DNA of 64,000 nt from an uncultured Gammaproteobacteria bacterium (GCA_964476135.1 CAYYYG010000002.1:8005-72004), one strand, 5' to 3'; shown: positions 1 through 12,300, numbered from the stretch's first letter. Notes: generated from the sequence alone by a model not told the origin. Numbers and translations: made by a program.

Positions 1-741
1 GTAAATATTGTTCAGATCCGGATTGGAAATAATATCTTCCGGATGCATGTTGCAGAAAAGTGCAAAACGGTCTTTTCTGCGCTTGTCAAGGTAGTTGTTT
101 GAACGAGCGACTATGAAATCAGGCTGTATACCCATTGAGTTGAGCGTCCTTACTGAGAGTTGGGTGGGTTTAGTTTTCGGTTCTCCAAGATGGGAGGGTG
201 TCGGAACGTAGCTTACATGAATGTGTATGACATCGCCCGGGTTTTTAAGAGTTAGGATCCTGGCCGCTTCGTAGTAAAAGATGTTCTGATACTCACCGGC
301 AGTTCCCCCAAGCTCGACAATGACAATATCGGCATTTTTTTTCTTGGCGAGTTTATGTATGCGGTTTGTAATTTCGTCCGTTATATGAGGAATTGCCTCG
401 ACATCTTCACCTTTATATTCAAAACGCCGCTCCTTATCTATTACTGTCTGGTAAATTTGACCCATTGTCACGAAGTTGTCACGACCCATGTCTTCATTGA
501 GAAATTTTTCGTATGAGCCCATGTCCATATCCGCCTCAGTCCCGTCTTCACAAAGGAAAGGATCTCCATGTTCGATAGGATTGATAGTGCCGGCATCGAC
601 ATTCAGATAGTTTTCGAATTTAATCGGAACGACTTTATAGCCGGAAAGCTTAAGAAGGAGAGCAATAGATGCGGTAGTAATACCTTTTCCAATACCAGAT
701 ATAACGCCACCGGAAACAAATATATACTTTAGTTTATTCAT
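1..741 (-). CDS. pyrG: CTP synthase, N-terminal synthetase domain (partial; C-terminus lies beyond the window start)
   Basis: Hand translation from ATG (rc of 739-741) gives MNKLKYIFVSGGVISGIGKGITTASIALLLK...VELGGTAGEYQN...KTKPTQLSV, the conserved PyrG motifs. The frame stays open to position 1. It is absent from the ORF track because it is open-ended. Confidence 0.9.
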   Translation of the reverse strand, partial: MNKLKYIFVSGGVISGIGKGITTASIALLLKLSGYKVVPIKFENYLNVDAGTINPIEHGDPFLCEDGTEADMDMGSYEKFLNEDMGRDNFVTMGQIYQTVIDKERRFEYKGEDVEAIPHITDEITNRIHKLAKKKNADIVIVELGGTAGEYQNIFYYEAARILTLKNPGDVIHIHVSYVPTPSHLGEPKTKPTQLSVRTLNSMGIQPDFIVARSNNYLDKRRKDRFALFCNMHPEDIISNPDLNNIY

Positions 742-753
742 CTAATTGAATCA

Positions 754-762
754 ATATTACCA
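754..762 (-). promoter_or_regulatory. extended -10 element TGgTAATAT, 12 nt upstream of the pyrG ATG
   Basis: The rc of 754-762 reads TGGTAATAT. It lies just downstream of the topA stop (767-769). Confidence 0.4.
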
Positions 763-766
763 CGGG

Positions 767-2797
767 TTATGTCAACTTCCAAGACGAATAATTACAATTA
801 GGATATAGTTCGCACCCGTAAAACCGCTTTTTGTTTTTGGTAAAGCGAATAACTATTCGTCCTTTGCCGCATTGCGGACACATTTTACCTTCAACGAAAT
901 GTAAAAATGGTTTAGTGAAGCGGCACTCCGGGAACTTGCTGCAGGCCAAAAATTTGCCGAATTTTGAATATCGTACTACAAGAGGTGCTCCGCATTTGGC
1001 GCACGGTTCATTGACTTTTTCTTCAATGTCAATTTTTTTTGTGTCAAGCTTTCTTTGCTGCAGTGTGTCGGCAAAAGGTTTGTGAAATGTTTTCAGGAGG
1101 TGAATTACGGTTTCCTTATTTTCGGCCACATTATCTAGATTTTGCTCCATTCCCGCCGTAAAATCGAGGTTAAAAATGTCGGGGAATGATGCGGACAAGT
1201 AGTCTGATATGGCTGTTCCAAGATGTGTGGGTATAAAATATCTGTTTTCCTTTTCCACGTAATTTTTGTCTTGGATTAAAGAAATGATCGGCGCATAAGT
1301 AGAAGGTCGACCGATGCCTTTTTCCTCGAGCGTTTTTATTATAGATGCTTCATTGAATCGCGGAGGCGGTTTGGATTTGCTTTCAACCGACTCAAGCGAC
1401 ATAAGATTTATCGGGTCACCCTCCTTCATAATAGTCGAACCCTGGTTTTTTTCCACAAATTCCGGATTTAATACTCTTAGGAACCCGTCAAAAAGGACCT
1501 TCTGCATATCAGTTACGAATTTGTAGCCTTTTTTACCAGTTATAGTAATCGCGATTGTTTTTACCTTGGCTTCCTTCATTTGCGTCGCAACTGCCCGGTC
1601 ATAAATTAGTTTATAAATTCGCTTATGATTCTGTGTTAAGGTATCGTTTTCTATCTCGTCTGCTTTTTTTTCCAGATTTGTTGGACGGATAGCCTCATGC
1701 GCCTCCTGTGCCATTTTGGATTTTGTTTTGTAGGATCTCGGAGATTCAAGAGCGTATTCCGCGCCGAACTCTTTCGTGATGAATTTTTTGGCTTTCAACA
1801 AAAATTGTTCCGATAAGTTGAATGAATCGGTACGATGGTAAGAAATCAAACCCTGTTCATATAAGTCCTGCGCCAATTTCATGGTCATTTTAGAAGAAAA
1901 AGCATGCTTCTGGAAAGCCTCCTGCTGTAGTAATGAAGTTGTAAAAGGAGGCGGAGGTAATCTGTTCTGCACCGTTTCTTTTACCTGCTCTATACTAAAG
2001 CTATCTGTCTTAATATCTGTCGTTAAGTTGTCCAAGTTATCCTTGGTTATTGTGGTTTTTGTATAAGTGTATTCACCGGTGAATAGATCAATTTTGAATT
2101 TCTGTTCATAGGGGACATCGTCTTTTTTTGATAGCTTAGCTTTCAACTCTTCGCCGTTTTTAAAAATTCCGAAAATTTTATAATAGTCTTCCTGTGTAAA
2201 TTTGTTGATTTCTTTTTCCCGTTCTACAATCAGGCGGAGAGCAACAGTCTGCACGCGGCCTGCCGAAAGCCAATTTTTACCCATTTTTTTCCATAGTAAA
2301 GGCGACAGCTCATAGCCCACCAATCTGTCAAGAATTCGCCGAGCCTGTTGCGCCTGAACCAAGTTAAATCGGATAGTTTCAGGATGCGATAGTGCCTCCT
2401 CAAGCGCCTGCGGTGTAATTTCATGGAACACGATTCTTTTGCAGTCGGCTCCATTCTTGACCTTTATTTCTGGCCAATTTTCTTCAATGTAGCCTAATAT
2501 AAATGCAGCGTGGTAAGATATAGACTCTCCTTCACGGTCAGGGTCGGTTGCAAAGATAATTTCCTTATTTTTTTTAGCCAGGTTTTTGAGTTCGGTAACA
2601 ATGTTTTGCTTGTTTTTTATGATCTGGTATTTTGGTTTGAAATCATGGGTGTAATCTACGGAAATATTGCTCGGAGGCAAATCTCTTATATGACCCATAG
2701 TCGCATATACGTAATAATCCTTATTTTTCCCTTTTTCTTTAAGAATACGGTTGAAAGTTTTTGCCTTGGTCGGTGATTCGACGATGATTAATGCCAT
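767..2797 (-). CDS. topA: DNA topoisomerase I (type IA) with two C-terminal zinc ribbons
   Basis: Toprim start MALIIVESPTKAKT, DPDREGE, and the active-site region ISYHRTDS. C-terminal ribbons CAKCGAPL...CSKFPEC and CPQCGKG...CELYPNC. Confidence 0.95.
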   Translation of the reverse strand: MALIIVESPTKAKTFNRILKEKGKNKDYYVYATMGHIRDLPPSNISVDYTHDFKPKYQIIKNKQNIVTELKNLAKKNKEIIFATDPDREGESISYHAAFILGYIEENWPEIKVKNGADCKRIVFHEITPQALEEALSHPETIRFNLVQAQQARRILDRLVGYELSPLLWKKMGKNWLSAGRVQTVALRLIVEREKEINKFTQEDYYKIFGIFKNGEELKAKLSKKDDVPYEQKFKIDLFTGEYTYTKTTITKDNLDNLTTDIKTDSFSIEQVKETVQNRLPPPPFTTSLLQQEAFQKHAFSSKMTMKLAQDLYEQGLISYHRTDSFNLSEQFLLKAKKFITKEFGAEYALESPRSYKTKSKMAQEAHEAIRPTNLEKKADEIENDTLTQNHKRIYKLIYDRAVATQMKEAKVKTIAITITGKKGYKFVTDMQKVLFDGFLRVLNPEFVEKNQGSTIMKEGDPINLMSLESVESKSKPPPRFNEASIIKTLEEKGIGRPSTYAPIISLIQDKNYVEKENRYFIPTHLGTAISDYLSASFPDIFNLDFTAGMEQNLDNVAENKETVIHLLKTFHKPFADTLQQRKLDTKKIDIEEKVNEPCAKCGAPLVVRYSKFGKFLACSKFPECRFTKPFLHFVEGKMCPQCGKGRIVIRFTKNKKRFYGCELYPNCNYSSWKLT

Positions 2798-2804
2798 GGT
2801 AATA

Positions 2805-2813
2805 ACTATAACA
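2805..2813 (-). promoter_or_regulatory. extended -10 TGtTATAGT, 7 nt upstream of the topA ATG (predicts a leaderless mRNA)
   Basis: The rc of 2805-2813 reads TGTTATAGT. The spacer is 2798-2804 (7 nt) and there is no SD. Confidence 0.5.
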
Positions 2814-2840
2814 TTTCAATAGAAGATCTACACTCTAAAA

Positions 2841-3248
2841 TTAAAGAGGTCGGGGTCTTCTTTTTTTGAGTAATTTAAGATTTAATAACGACCGGCGAAC
2901 AATCGCAGCTGCTTCGCGTCTATCTGTTGTTTCCTTAACATCCACCAATACTTTCTGTGCTCGCTCAAGGGCGCGTCGTGTTGTTTCTTCGTCGATTTCA
3001 TTCTGATTATATGCTCGTGAGACCAAAACATGAACATGTTTGCCATCGGTATCGAGATAACCGCCTCCGATTGCGAGATAATCCTCCTCCTGCTTCGTTT
3101 TGATAACTATTATCCCCTCCGAGAGAAGCGTAAAGAGGTTAGCATGTCTTGGTAAAACAGATATATAACCGTCAACCGTTGGTACGGTAACGACTGTCAC
3201 TTCCTGATCGAGCACTATTTTTTTAGGCGTGATAACCTTAAGATGCAT
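2841..3248 (-). CDS. atpC: F1 ATP synthase epsilon subunit
   Basis: 135 aa. It is the last gene of the atp operon and has the typical N-terminal beta-sandwich start MHLKVITPKKIVLDQEV...VPTVDGYISVLPRHA. Confidence 0.9.
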   Translation of the reverse strand: MHLKVITPKKIVLDQEVTVVTVPTVDGYISVLPRHANLFTLLSEGIIVIKTKQEEDYLAIGGGYLDTDGKHVHVLVSRAYNQNEIDEETTRRALERAQKVLVDVKETTDRREAAAIVRRSLLNLKLLKKRRPRPL

Positions 3249-3254
3249 AAAATA

Positions 3255-4631
<1,377 letters not shown>

Positions 4632-4639
4632 CTAAAATT

Positions 4640-5506
4640 CTAAATATTTTCCACCGATTCCTTAGCAGTTACCATGTCCAGAAGCTCGGAAGTGATTTTT
4701 CCTTGCCTGAGCTTATTGCCAAGCAACTGCAAGTTATATATAACATCGGTTGCGTTATCAGTAGCATTTTTCATGGCTATCATCCGCGCCGAATGCTCAA
4801 CGGCTTCCGAACTTAAAACCGCACTTCTTATCTGACTTTCTAAAAAACTCCTTAATAGCGGATCGACGATTTTTTTAGCGTCAGGTTCGATTATATAGCC
4901 TTCAAAATGTTCTTTCTGATGCTTGTTCTCCTGTGTTTCCTGATCTATATAAGACAATGTTAATGGCAACAATACGTCATAGCGCGTGTCATATCGGCTG
5001 GTCGAAAGAAATTTATTATAAACAATAGCGACTTCTCTGTACTCGCCCCTGATAAATTTATCTACTGCCAGATTGAAAACAGCTGAGATGTTGGCGGTAG
5101 GTGAGCCTTCAGAAAAATCCGCGATCACTTTTCCTCCTATGCGCCCTAAAAACATTGCGCCCTTCTTACCAAGCGTTACATAATCAACATCACCCGAAAC
5201 ATATTTCAGTGCCAATTTGTCAAGGCTTGAATGGAAACTGCCTGCCAGGCCCTTATTTGAGGATACGAAAATAATTAAAATCTTTTTCGTATGCTCATTA
5301 ACTGCGAGCAGGGATGAGTTTTCTTTTGAAATATTTTGCGCGATTCTTCTGATAATCATTTCCAGATGCTCGTTATACGGTCTGCCTTCGAGTGCCACGG
5401 TTTGAGCCTTTCTCATTTTAACGGCAGATACCATCTGCATCGCCTTGGTAATTTTTTTAACATTAGTCACGGATTTTATTTTCGATCTTACCTGTCTTAG
5501 ATTCAT
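4640..5506 (-). CDS. atpG: F1 ATP synthase gamma subunit
   Basis: MNLRQVRSKIKSVTNVKKITKAMQMVSAVKMRKAQ and a C-terminal ITSELLDMVTAKE helix. Positioned between alpha and beta. Confidence 0.93.
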   Translation of the reverse strand: MNLRQVRSKIKSVTNVKKITKAMQMVSAVKMRKAQTVALEGRPYNEHLEMIIRRIAQNISKENSSLLAVNEHTKKILIIFVSSNKGLAGSFHSSLDKLALKYVSGDVDYVTLGKKGAMFLGRIGGKVIADFSEGSPTANISAVFNLAVDKFIRGEYREVAIVYNKFLSTSRYDTRYDVLLPLTLSYIDQETQENKHQKEHFEGYIIEPDAKKIVDPLLRSFLESQIRSAVLSSEAVEHSARMIAMKNATDNATDVIYNLQLLGNKLRQGKITSELLDMVTAKESVENI

Positions 5507-5519
5507 CAGTATTTATTAA

Positions 5520-7031
5520 TTATTGCGATTCAATCGACTCAACAGTTCGCATGACCAATTCTTTCAGTGCCGCTTCTTGTTTTTCATCCATAACTTTTGA
5601 TTTATTGATTTCATCCACCCAACTTTTTGCAGAGGTTGATAATTTCTCCAAAATCAATGTGACGAATTTTTCGATTTGTTTATTCGATAGATTATCGAGC
5701 TGGCCGTTAGTTGCCGACCATATGAGGGCGATCTGAGTTGCCAGGTCATATGTATGATGCTGACGCTGCTTGAGTATCTGGGTTGTCTTCGCACCTCTTG
5801 TAAGAAGTTTTTTGGTTTCCGCATCAAGCTCGGATTCAAACTGTGAGAATGCCGCCATTTCGCGATACTGAGCAAGGTCAAGTTTCAATCTGCCGGAAAC
5901 TTTTTTCATACCTTTTGTCTGAGCGTTGCCACCCACACGAGAAACGGAAAGTCCGGCGTTTATTGCCGGTCGAATACCAGAATTAAAGAGATCGGTTTCT
6001 AGGAAAATCTGACCATCTGTAATAGAAATGACATTTGTCGGGATATATGTAGATAAATCTCCAGCTAAGGTTTCGATTATCGGCAATGCGGTTATTGAGC
6101 CGCCGCCATATTTTTCCGATATCCGACAGGCTCTTTCAAGTAACCTTGAATGCAGATAAAAAACGTCTCCCGGATAAGCTTCACGTCCGGCCGGTCTTCT
6201 CAGAATAAGTGAAACCTGTCTGTAAGCCCAAGCGTGTTTACTCAAATCATCATATACAATAAGCACATCTTTGCCCTTTTCCCGAAAATACTCGGCAAGT
6301 GCAGTGGCAGAATAAGGTGCCAGAAACTGCAGGGATGCCGGTTCTGATGCTGAGGCAGATACTATAATTGTATAGTCCAGTGAATTAGTTTTTTTGAGAA
6401 GTTCGACAATCTGGGCGATTTTTGAAGTCTTCTGGCCGATTGCACAATATATACAGATCACATCCTGACCTTTCTGGTTGATTATAGCATCAATCGCCAA
6501 GGTTGTTTTGCCGACTCCCCGATCACCGATGATGAGTTCTCTTTGTCCGCGGCCGATCGGTACAAGAGCATCGATCGCGAGAATCCCAGTTTGCAGCGGC
6601 TGAGTAACTGATTGTCTAAAAACAACACCCAATGCCGGTTTTTCTAGATCATATCTTTTACCGGGTTTTACCGTTCCTTTGCCATCTATAGCGGACCCTA
6701 ACGGATTCACTACTCTTCCCAGATAATCATCAGATGCATCTATCGACAGAGTTTTGCCGGTGGCACGGGCAATCTCGCCCGACTTGATACCTGTGTATTC
6801 GCCAAGAACAATAGCATTGACCGCATCCTCAGTAAGATCTATAACATATGCTTCCGGACCTGATTCGAGCTTCAAAATTTCACCGAAACCAACTTCGTTT
6901 AATCCGCTTAAGCTAATCACGCCATCGCGAACCTCGACAACCTGACCCACTTCTTCCGTGGTAACTTTGATTTTATCCTTCTGTTTTATATTGTGCTCGA
7001 TTTCTTTGATGTACTGATTGATTATGCTCAT
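5520..7031 (-). CDS. atpA: F1 ATP synthase alpha subunit
   Basis: Walker A GDRGVGKT, plus ELIIGDR and PAINAGLSVSRVGG motifs. Confidence 0.97.
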   Translation of the reverse strand: MSIINQYIKEIEHNIKQKDKIKVTTEEVGQVVEVRDGVISLSGLNEVGFGEILKLESGPEAYVIDLTEDAVNAIVLGEYTGIKSGEIARATGKTLSIDASDDYLGRVVNPLGSAIDGKGTVKPGKRYDLEKPALGVVFRQSVTQPLQTGILAIDALVPIGRGQRELIIGDRGVGKTTLAIDAIINQKGQDVICIYCAIGQKTSKIAQIVELLKKTNSLDYTIIVSASASEPASLQFLAPYSATALAEYFREKGKDVLIVYDDLSKHAWAYRQVSLILRRPAGREAYPGDVFYLHSRLLERACRISEKYGGGSITALPIIETLAGDLSTYIPTNVISITDGQIFLETDLFNSGIRPAINAGLSVSRVGGNAQTKGMKKVSGRLKLDLAQYREMAAFSQFESELDAETKKLLTRGAKTTQILKQRQHHTYDLATQIALIWSATNGQLDNLSNKQIEKFVTLILEKLSTSAKSWVDEINKSKVMDEKQEAALKELVMRTVESIESQ

Positions 7032-7303
7032 ATGAATAATGATTGTAACTGTTGTAATTCGTGCGCCAATGATAAATCTATAGTTTTTGAACCGAAATTA
7101 AGGATTATGCCGGCGATTATAGATGTGTCAACTACATTTTTCAGATGTGCCTTTTCGAGTATGGGCAGCTTTTTCTGTATAAGGTCAAGCTCATCTTTTT
7201 CGAGTGGATACGAGGAGATAACCGTCACCTCATTCTTCCTATCGAGGAGTTTTTTTTCGAGGTATTCAGCCAGGTCGTGTTTTATCTGGGGGTCGAGGTT
7301 CAT
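7028..7303 (-). CDS. atpH: ATP synthase delta (OSCP) subunit, unusually short (91 aa; C-terminal half only)
   Basis: The C-terminal OSCP signature VDTSIIAGIILNFGSKTIDLSL is present. The start overlaps the atpF stop and the stop overlaps the atpA start. No upstream in-frame extension is possible. Confidence 0.7.
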   Translation of the reverse strand: MNLDPQIKHDLAEYLEKKLLDRKNEVTVISSYPLEKDELDLIQKKLPILEKAHLKNVVDTSIIAGIILNFGSKTIDLSLAHELQQLQSLFI

Positions 7304-7800
7304 GATGGTCTTTGTGTATCTAAATTATTAAGAATATGTTTTGTCAGTTCTTTTTTAATATCTGGGGACAGGTATTCATTAAGGCCTTTGGAAATTAGTA
7401 TCATACTCATATCTCCAATATTTTTTTTGATTTCACTGTGCAGCTGACTACGCTCGGAATCGATTTGTTCGTGTCCTTTTTTAATCACTTCCTGCGCTTC
7501 CTTATGAGCTTTTTCAAGAATATCTGCTTTCAATTTTTCCGCATCGATACGAGCTTTTTTGATTTCCTCATCGGCGGCTTTTTTCATTTCTTTTTTCATT
7601 TTTGCCTCAGTCTCCTGCCTTTCCTCTTCGCCTTTTCTTAATTTTTCAAGTAAAACGTGTTTTTCTTCTTCCAGAGTTTTCTCTTTTTTCAAAAATTTAG
7701 CGAAAGGTTTAGCTATGAATTTGTTGAAAATATAATAAAAAATGACAAAATTCACGGCCTGGGCAAGTAATAATTTTCCGTCAATTCCTAATGCTTCCAT
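7300..7800 (-). CDS. atpF: Fo ATP synthase b subunit
   Basis: One N-terminal TM helix followed by a long charged Lys/Glu-rich coiled-coil region. Positioned between c and delta. Confidence 0.85.
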   Translation of the reverse strand: MEALGIDGKLLLAQAVNFVIFYYIFNKFIAKPFAKFLKKEKTLEEEKHVLLEKLRKGEEERQETEAKMKKEMKKAADEEIKKARIDAEKLKADILEKAHKEAQEVIKKGHEQIDSERSQLHSEIKKNIGDMSMILISKGLNEYLSPDIKKELTKHILNNLDTQRPS

Positions 7801-7839
7801 AGATTAAAAATAACTTAATAACATAAATCCGAAAATTAA

Positions 7840-7866
7840 AGCGAAAAACATCCACGGTTTTTCGCT
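7840..7866 (-). terminator. perfect 10-bp stem-loop between atpE and atpF (possible attenuator or mRNA-stabilising hairpin)
   Basis: agcgaaaaac (7840-7849), a 7-nt loop, then gtttttcgct (7857-7866). On the minus transcript it is followed by an A/T-rich tract (ttaattttc). Confidence 0.4.
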
Positions 7867-7878
7867 GTCTATTTTCGA

Positions 7879-8133
<255 letters not shown>

Positions 8134-8144
8134 TTAAATAATAA

Positions 8145-8885
8145 TTAATGGTGTTTTGCCGTTGCCATGTTCAAAAACACCGCTGTCAACATCGAAAAAA
8201 CGAGTGCCTGTACAAAACCGACAAATATTTCAAGCATCAAAAATGGAAAGGATGCAAGAACCGGCACTAGAAATGCAATTATTGTAATAAGTACTTCTCC
8301 CGCAAAAATGTTTCCAAATAACCGAAAAGCGAACGAAATAATTCTGGATATTTCCGATATTATTTCCAGAAATCCGAGTACAAAATCAAGAGGCGATTTG
8401 AAATTTATGAATTTTTTTAAGTAGTCTCCGCCTAAATATTTAAAACCGTAGTATTGAATAGCGATGACTGCAATTATCCCAAGTGCGATTGTCGTGTTTA
8501 GATCGGCTGTATTCGCCCTAAGCAGAGGAATTTTTTCAACTTCACCATGAGATTCGCCGACTGCGACGAGAAGACTCCCCACACCAGGCAAGAGCCCGAA
8601 CCAGTTCTGAAGTATTATGTAGAAAAAAAGAGCTCCGATAAGAGGAAAAAAAGCACCGACCTTTTCGTGTAAAACACTTTTGAAAAAATCATAAAGGCTT
8701 TTTAATCCAAACTGCATAAAGTAAAAAAAACCATTTTTGTTTTTTTTGTGCACTTCGACCGAATAAAAATAAGCGAGCAGACAGAAGAGAGCAATGACTA
8801 TCAGGGAAGTAAAATAAGAATTTGTTACATGAAAACCAGCTATTTCAAATAGCGTTTCTGCTTTGATGCTTATGTGTGGATGCAT
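8145..8885 (-). CDS. atpB: Fo ATP synthase a subunit
   Basis: Polytopic membrane protein. Conserved Arg region ISFAFRLFGNIFAGE. Confidence 0.92.
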   Translation of the reverse strand: MHPHISIKAETLFEIAGFHVTNSYFTSLIVIALFCLLAYFYSVEVHKKNKNGFFYFMQFGLKSLYDFFKSVLHEKVGAFFPLIGALFFYIILQNWFGLLPGVGSLLVAVGESHGEVEKIPLLRANTADLNTTIALGIIAVIAIQYYGFKYLGGDYLKKFINFKSPLDFVLGFLEIISEISRIISFAFRLFGNIFAGEVLITIIAFLVPVLASFPFLMLEIFVGFVQALVFSMLTAVFLNMATAKHH

Positions 8886-8888
8886 AAA

Positions 8889-9299
8889 TTATTTTTTTAG
8901 AGTCCGTATTAAATTATATATGCCACTGACGGTACCGAACCCCAAACACACAAGCGTAAAGAGGGGTTTCTTGCCAGTCAGATCGTCGACTGCTATGCCG
9001 ATAAAGAGCCCCAAAAGAATCGGAACTACTATGTAAAATCCCATATTTCCGTAAAGTGCCATGCTTTTCCAGCTGTCGTCTTCCCGTTTCTTTATTTTGT
9101 GTATTACTTCAGTTCTATTACCGTGTTTATCGATTGTCGGGATAATTTTCGAAATAATTGTATCATCGGATATCTGGTTAGTCAAATGAACATCTTCGTG
9201 AATAGGCTCAATAGACGTTGAGCTTGATATGTATCCGCGCTCCCCTTCCAAAATGTTAGGATGTGTTTTTCGCTTAATTCGTTGGATCGTATGTATCAT
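8889..9299 (-). CDS. AtpZ/AtpI-like small membrane protein with an ~80-aa N-terminal extension
   Basis: The C-terminal 55 aa (MALYGNMGFYIVVPILLGLFIGIAVDDLTGKKPLFTLVCLGFGTVSGIYNLIR) match the two-TM AtpZ pattern found upstream of atpB. The true start could be the internal Met. Confidence 0.55.
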   Translation of the reverse strand: MIHTIQRIKRKTHPNILEGERGYISSSTSIEPIHEDVHLTNQISDDTIISKIIPTIDKHGNRTEVIHKIKKREDDSWKSMALYGNMGFYIVVPILLGLFIGIAVDDLTGKKPLFTLVCLGFGTVSGIYNLIRTLKK

Positions 9300-9300
9300 T

Positions 9301-12300
9301 TCAGGTCAGAACTTGTTTATCGAGTACCACCGTTTTTTCTATCAAAATACTCATTATGCCGTCGCGGTCGGAAATCTTGCCTTTTAATAACAGTATAATA
9401 TTTTGTTTGATTTTATTCCTGATCTCTGCAAATGTTTTAGGAAATACTACTCCCTCTATAGATCCGGAGTCGTCGAATAGAGTTAAGAAAGCCATGTCCT
9501 CATTTCCTCTTTTTGTTTTAATTACCTTCATCTGGCTCACCACACCTGCCAGTATCATCATGCGACCGTTATCCGCCGGACCGATGGAGCCTATTTTTTT
9601 AGTGATTTTTTTATCAATGATGGTTTTATATGTCAATAAAGGATCGTGGGTTAAAAAAAAGCCAACCGCTTCTTTTTCCCGGAATGATAGCTCTTCGGTC
9701 GAAAGCTCTGGTAAAGTCGTGAAATCATCTATTTGTGACTCTGAATTTTTTTGAGTGTTAAATAATCCGAACTGACCATTTTCTTCCTGATCGCGGTTAG
9801 CGGCCGCTTCCCTTGCTGCTGCCGGATAATTCGTAAGAAGGGTATTCTTGTTGCCGTAGGCAGTCATAGCTCCGGAATATATCAGGTTTTCTACCGTTTT
9901 TTTATTGACTTTTCTCAGGTCGACTCTGTTGAGGAAATCTTTGAAACCGGTAAATTTACCTTTTTTTCTCGCCTCCATAATAGATTCGATTGCAGCTGAG
10001 CCCACATGTTTAATTGCCGACATTCCGAACCTTATCTGTGTCCCCTCTATCGAAAATGAGTACTCTGACTTATTTATATCTGGTGGCAGCACTGCAATAT
10101 TCATCCGTCGGCATTCGTCGATTGCCTGAGCCATTTTTTGCTCCCTTATTGGACCAGCAGCACCCTGAAGCTCGGCTGTTAGGAGAGCTGTCATAAATTC
10201 GATCGGGTAATTTGCCTTCATATAAGCTGTCCAGTAAGATATCATGGCATATGAGGCGGCGTGCGACTTATTGAATCCGTACGCGGCAAACTTCTCGATG
10301 AAGGCATAAATGTCTCGCGCAACTTTTGAGGGATAATTGTTTTTAACACAGCCGGCAACAAACTTCTTTTTTTCCATTTCCATTATTTCTTTCTTCTTTT
10401 TACCCATAGCTCGTCTAAGAATATCGGCCTCTCCCAAAGAGTATCCGGCCATTCTGTTTGCGATTTCAAGAACCTGCTCCTGGTAAACCAAAACACCATA
10501 AGTTTCCTGGAAGATCGGAATAAGATCTGGATGAAGGTACACGATTTTACCGGGGTTTTTTTTGCCCTCTATGAATGCCGGGATAAGATCCATCGGGCCA
10601 GGACGATATAATGCTCCGATAGCGGCGAGATCGGAAATCTTATTTGGTTTGAAATCGCGGCATAGTCGCTGCATGCCAGCAGACTCGAGCTGAAAAACAC
10701 CGATTGTGTTCCCGTTTGAAATCAGACTATATGTTGGTTTATCATCAGTTGGAATTTCATATATATTGATTTTTTTATTTTTTGTTTTCTCGACAAAACC
10801 AATCGCTTCACCGAGGATGGTGAGGTTGCGAAGACCTAAGATATCCATTTTCATGAGTCCAACAGCGTTTGGACTCACGTTTAGGTCGAGCGAATACATA
10901 TCGTATTGAGTGATGATTCTTCCTTCCTTAGACTCTTTCTGAAGAGGTACATATTCGGTAAGGTCTTGATCGGCGATAATCACAGCCGCCGCATGGACAG
11001 AAGAATGGCGCGGTAAACCAACGATTTTTTTTGCTATATCAAGTACTTTTTTAGTATCTTGCTCTGTGTCGTATGCCTGCTTTAAGGGTGGATTGTCTTT
11101 TATTGCATCATCGAGCGATTGGTGAAATCCTTGCTTTGGAGGCGGAATCATTTTCGAGATACGATCCCCCTGCGAGTAAGACATGCCGAGGGCCCGTGCA
11201 ACATCACGCACCGCCATTCTGGACTCCATGGTGCCGAAAGTAATAACTTGGGCGACCTTTTCTTCTCCATATGTGTGACGCATGTATTGCAGCACTTCAT
11301 CGCGTCTTAAATCGGCGAAGTCCATATCGATATCTGGAGGTGAGGGCCGCTCGGGATTTAGAAATCTTTCAAACGGCAAATTGTATTCGAGCGGGTCGAT
11401 ACCGGTTATATTAAGCAAATATGATACAATCGATCCGGCAGCCGATCCACGGCCCGGACCTACGGAAATATCGTTATTTTTAGCCCAGTTAACGAAATCA
11501 GAAACGAAAAGAAAATAATTATCGTAGCCTTTATCAGAAATAATCTGCAATTCGTAGTCTATCCTGTTATTTACCACTTCCTGATCATATCTGCTCATTT
11601 TACCGATTTTCGAATAGACGGTCTGACGGAGGTAATCTTTAGCCGTCATACCTTCCGGCACGGCAAATTTTGGAAGTATTAATTTTCCATGAGGGATTTC
11701 TACATTGCACATTTCTGCGATCTTTAATGTATTGGCGATTGCTTCCGGGTAATCGACAAATAATTTGTTCATCTCTTCTGCCGACTTAAAATAGAAGTCC
11801 GGATTATCAATCATGCTCAAAGGTCTGTCCTTTTCAAAAATTGCTCTACCTGTTTGTATGCACAACATTATTTCCTGCGCGTATGCGTCTTCTTTTTTCA
11901 AATAATGCACATCGTTGGTGGCGACAATAGGCACTCCGAATTTCCTTGATAAGGCAATTATATCCTGATTTACCTGTTCCAGATTTTCCTGATCCGGATG
12001 CCGTTGTATCTCCAAATAAAAATCAGGTCCGAATATATCAAGGTATTTCTGCAAGACTTTTTCTGCCTGTTCTTTCTGATTTTCAAAAACTAAAGAAGGT
12101 ATTTCTCCGCTTAAGCACCCCGAAAGACAGATTAATCCCTCATGATATTTTTCCAGGAGTTCGAAATCAACTCGCGGCTTATAGTGAAACCCCTCAAGAT
12201 GCGCGAGGCTAATCATCTTCAAAAGATTTTTATATCCCGTCAGATTTTTTGCCAGTAAGACCAAATGAAACTGGTCTTTTTCGGTACGGGCTGGTTTGTC

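Noticed and set aside
770-775. Perfect TTGACA (minus strand) upstream of the pyrG -10 element
   Set aside because: It lies only 10 nt from the TAATAT hexamer, far from the 16-18 nt needed for a -35 box. It is probably coincidental and sits inside the topA 3-prime end.
7296-7306. Possible programmed frameshift producing a b-delta fusion, as in mycobacteria
   Set aside because: The junction is an ordinary 4-nt stop/start overlap (translational coupling) with no slippery heptamer. Even a fusion would not restore the missing delta N-domain.
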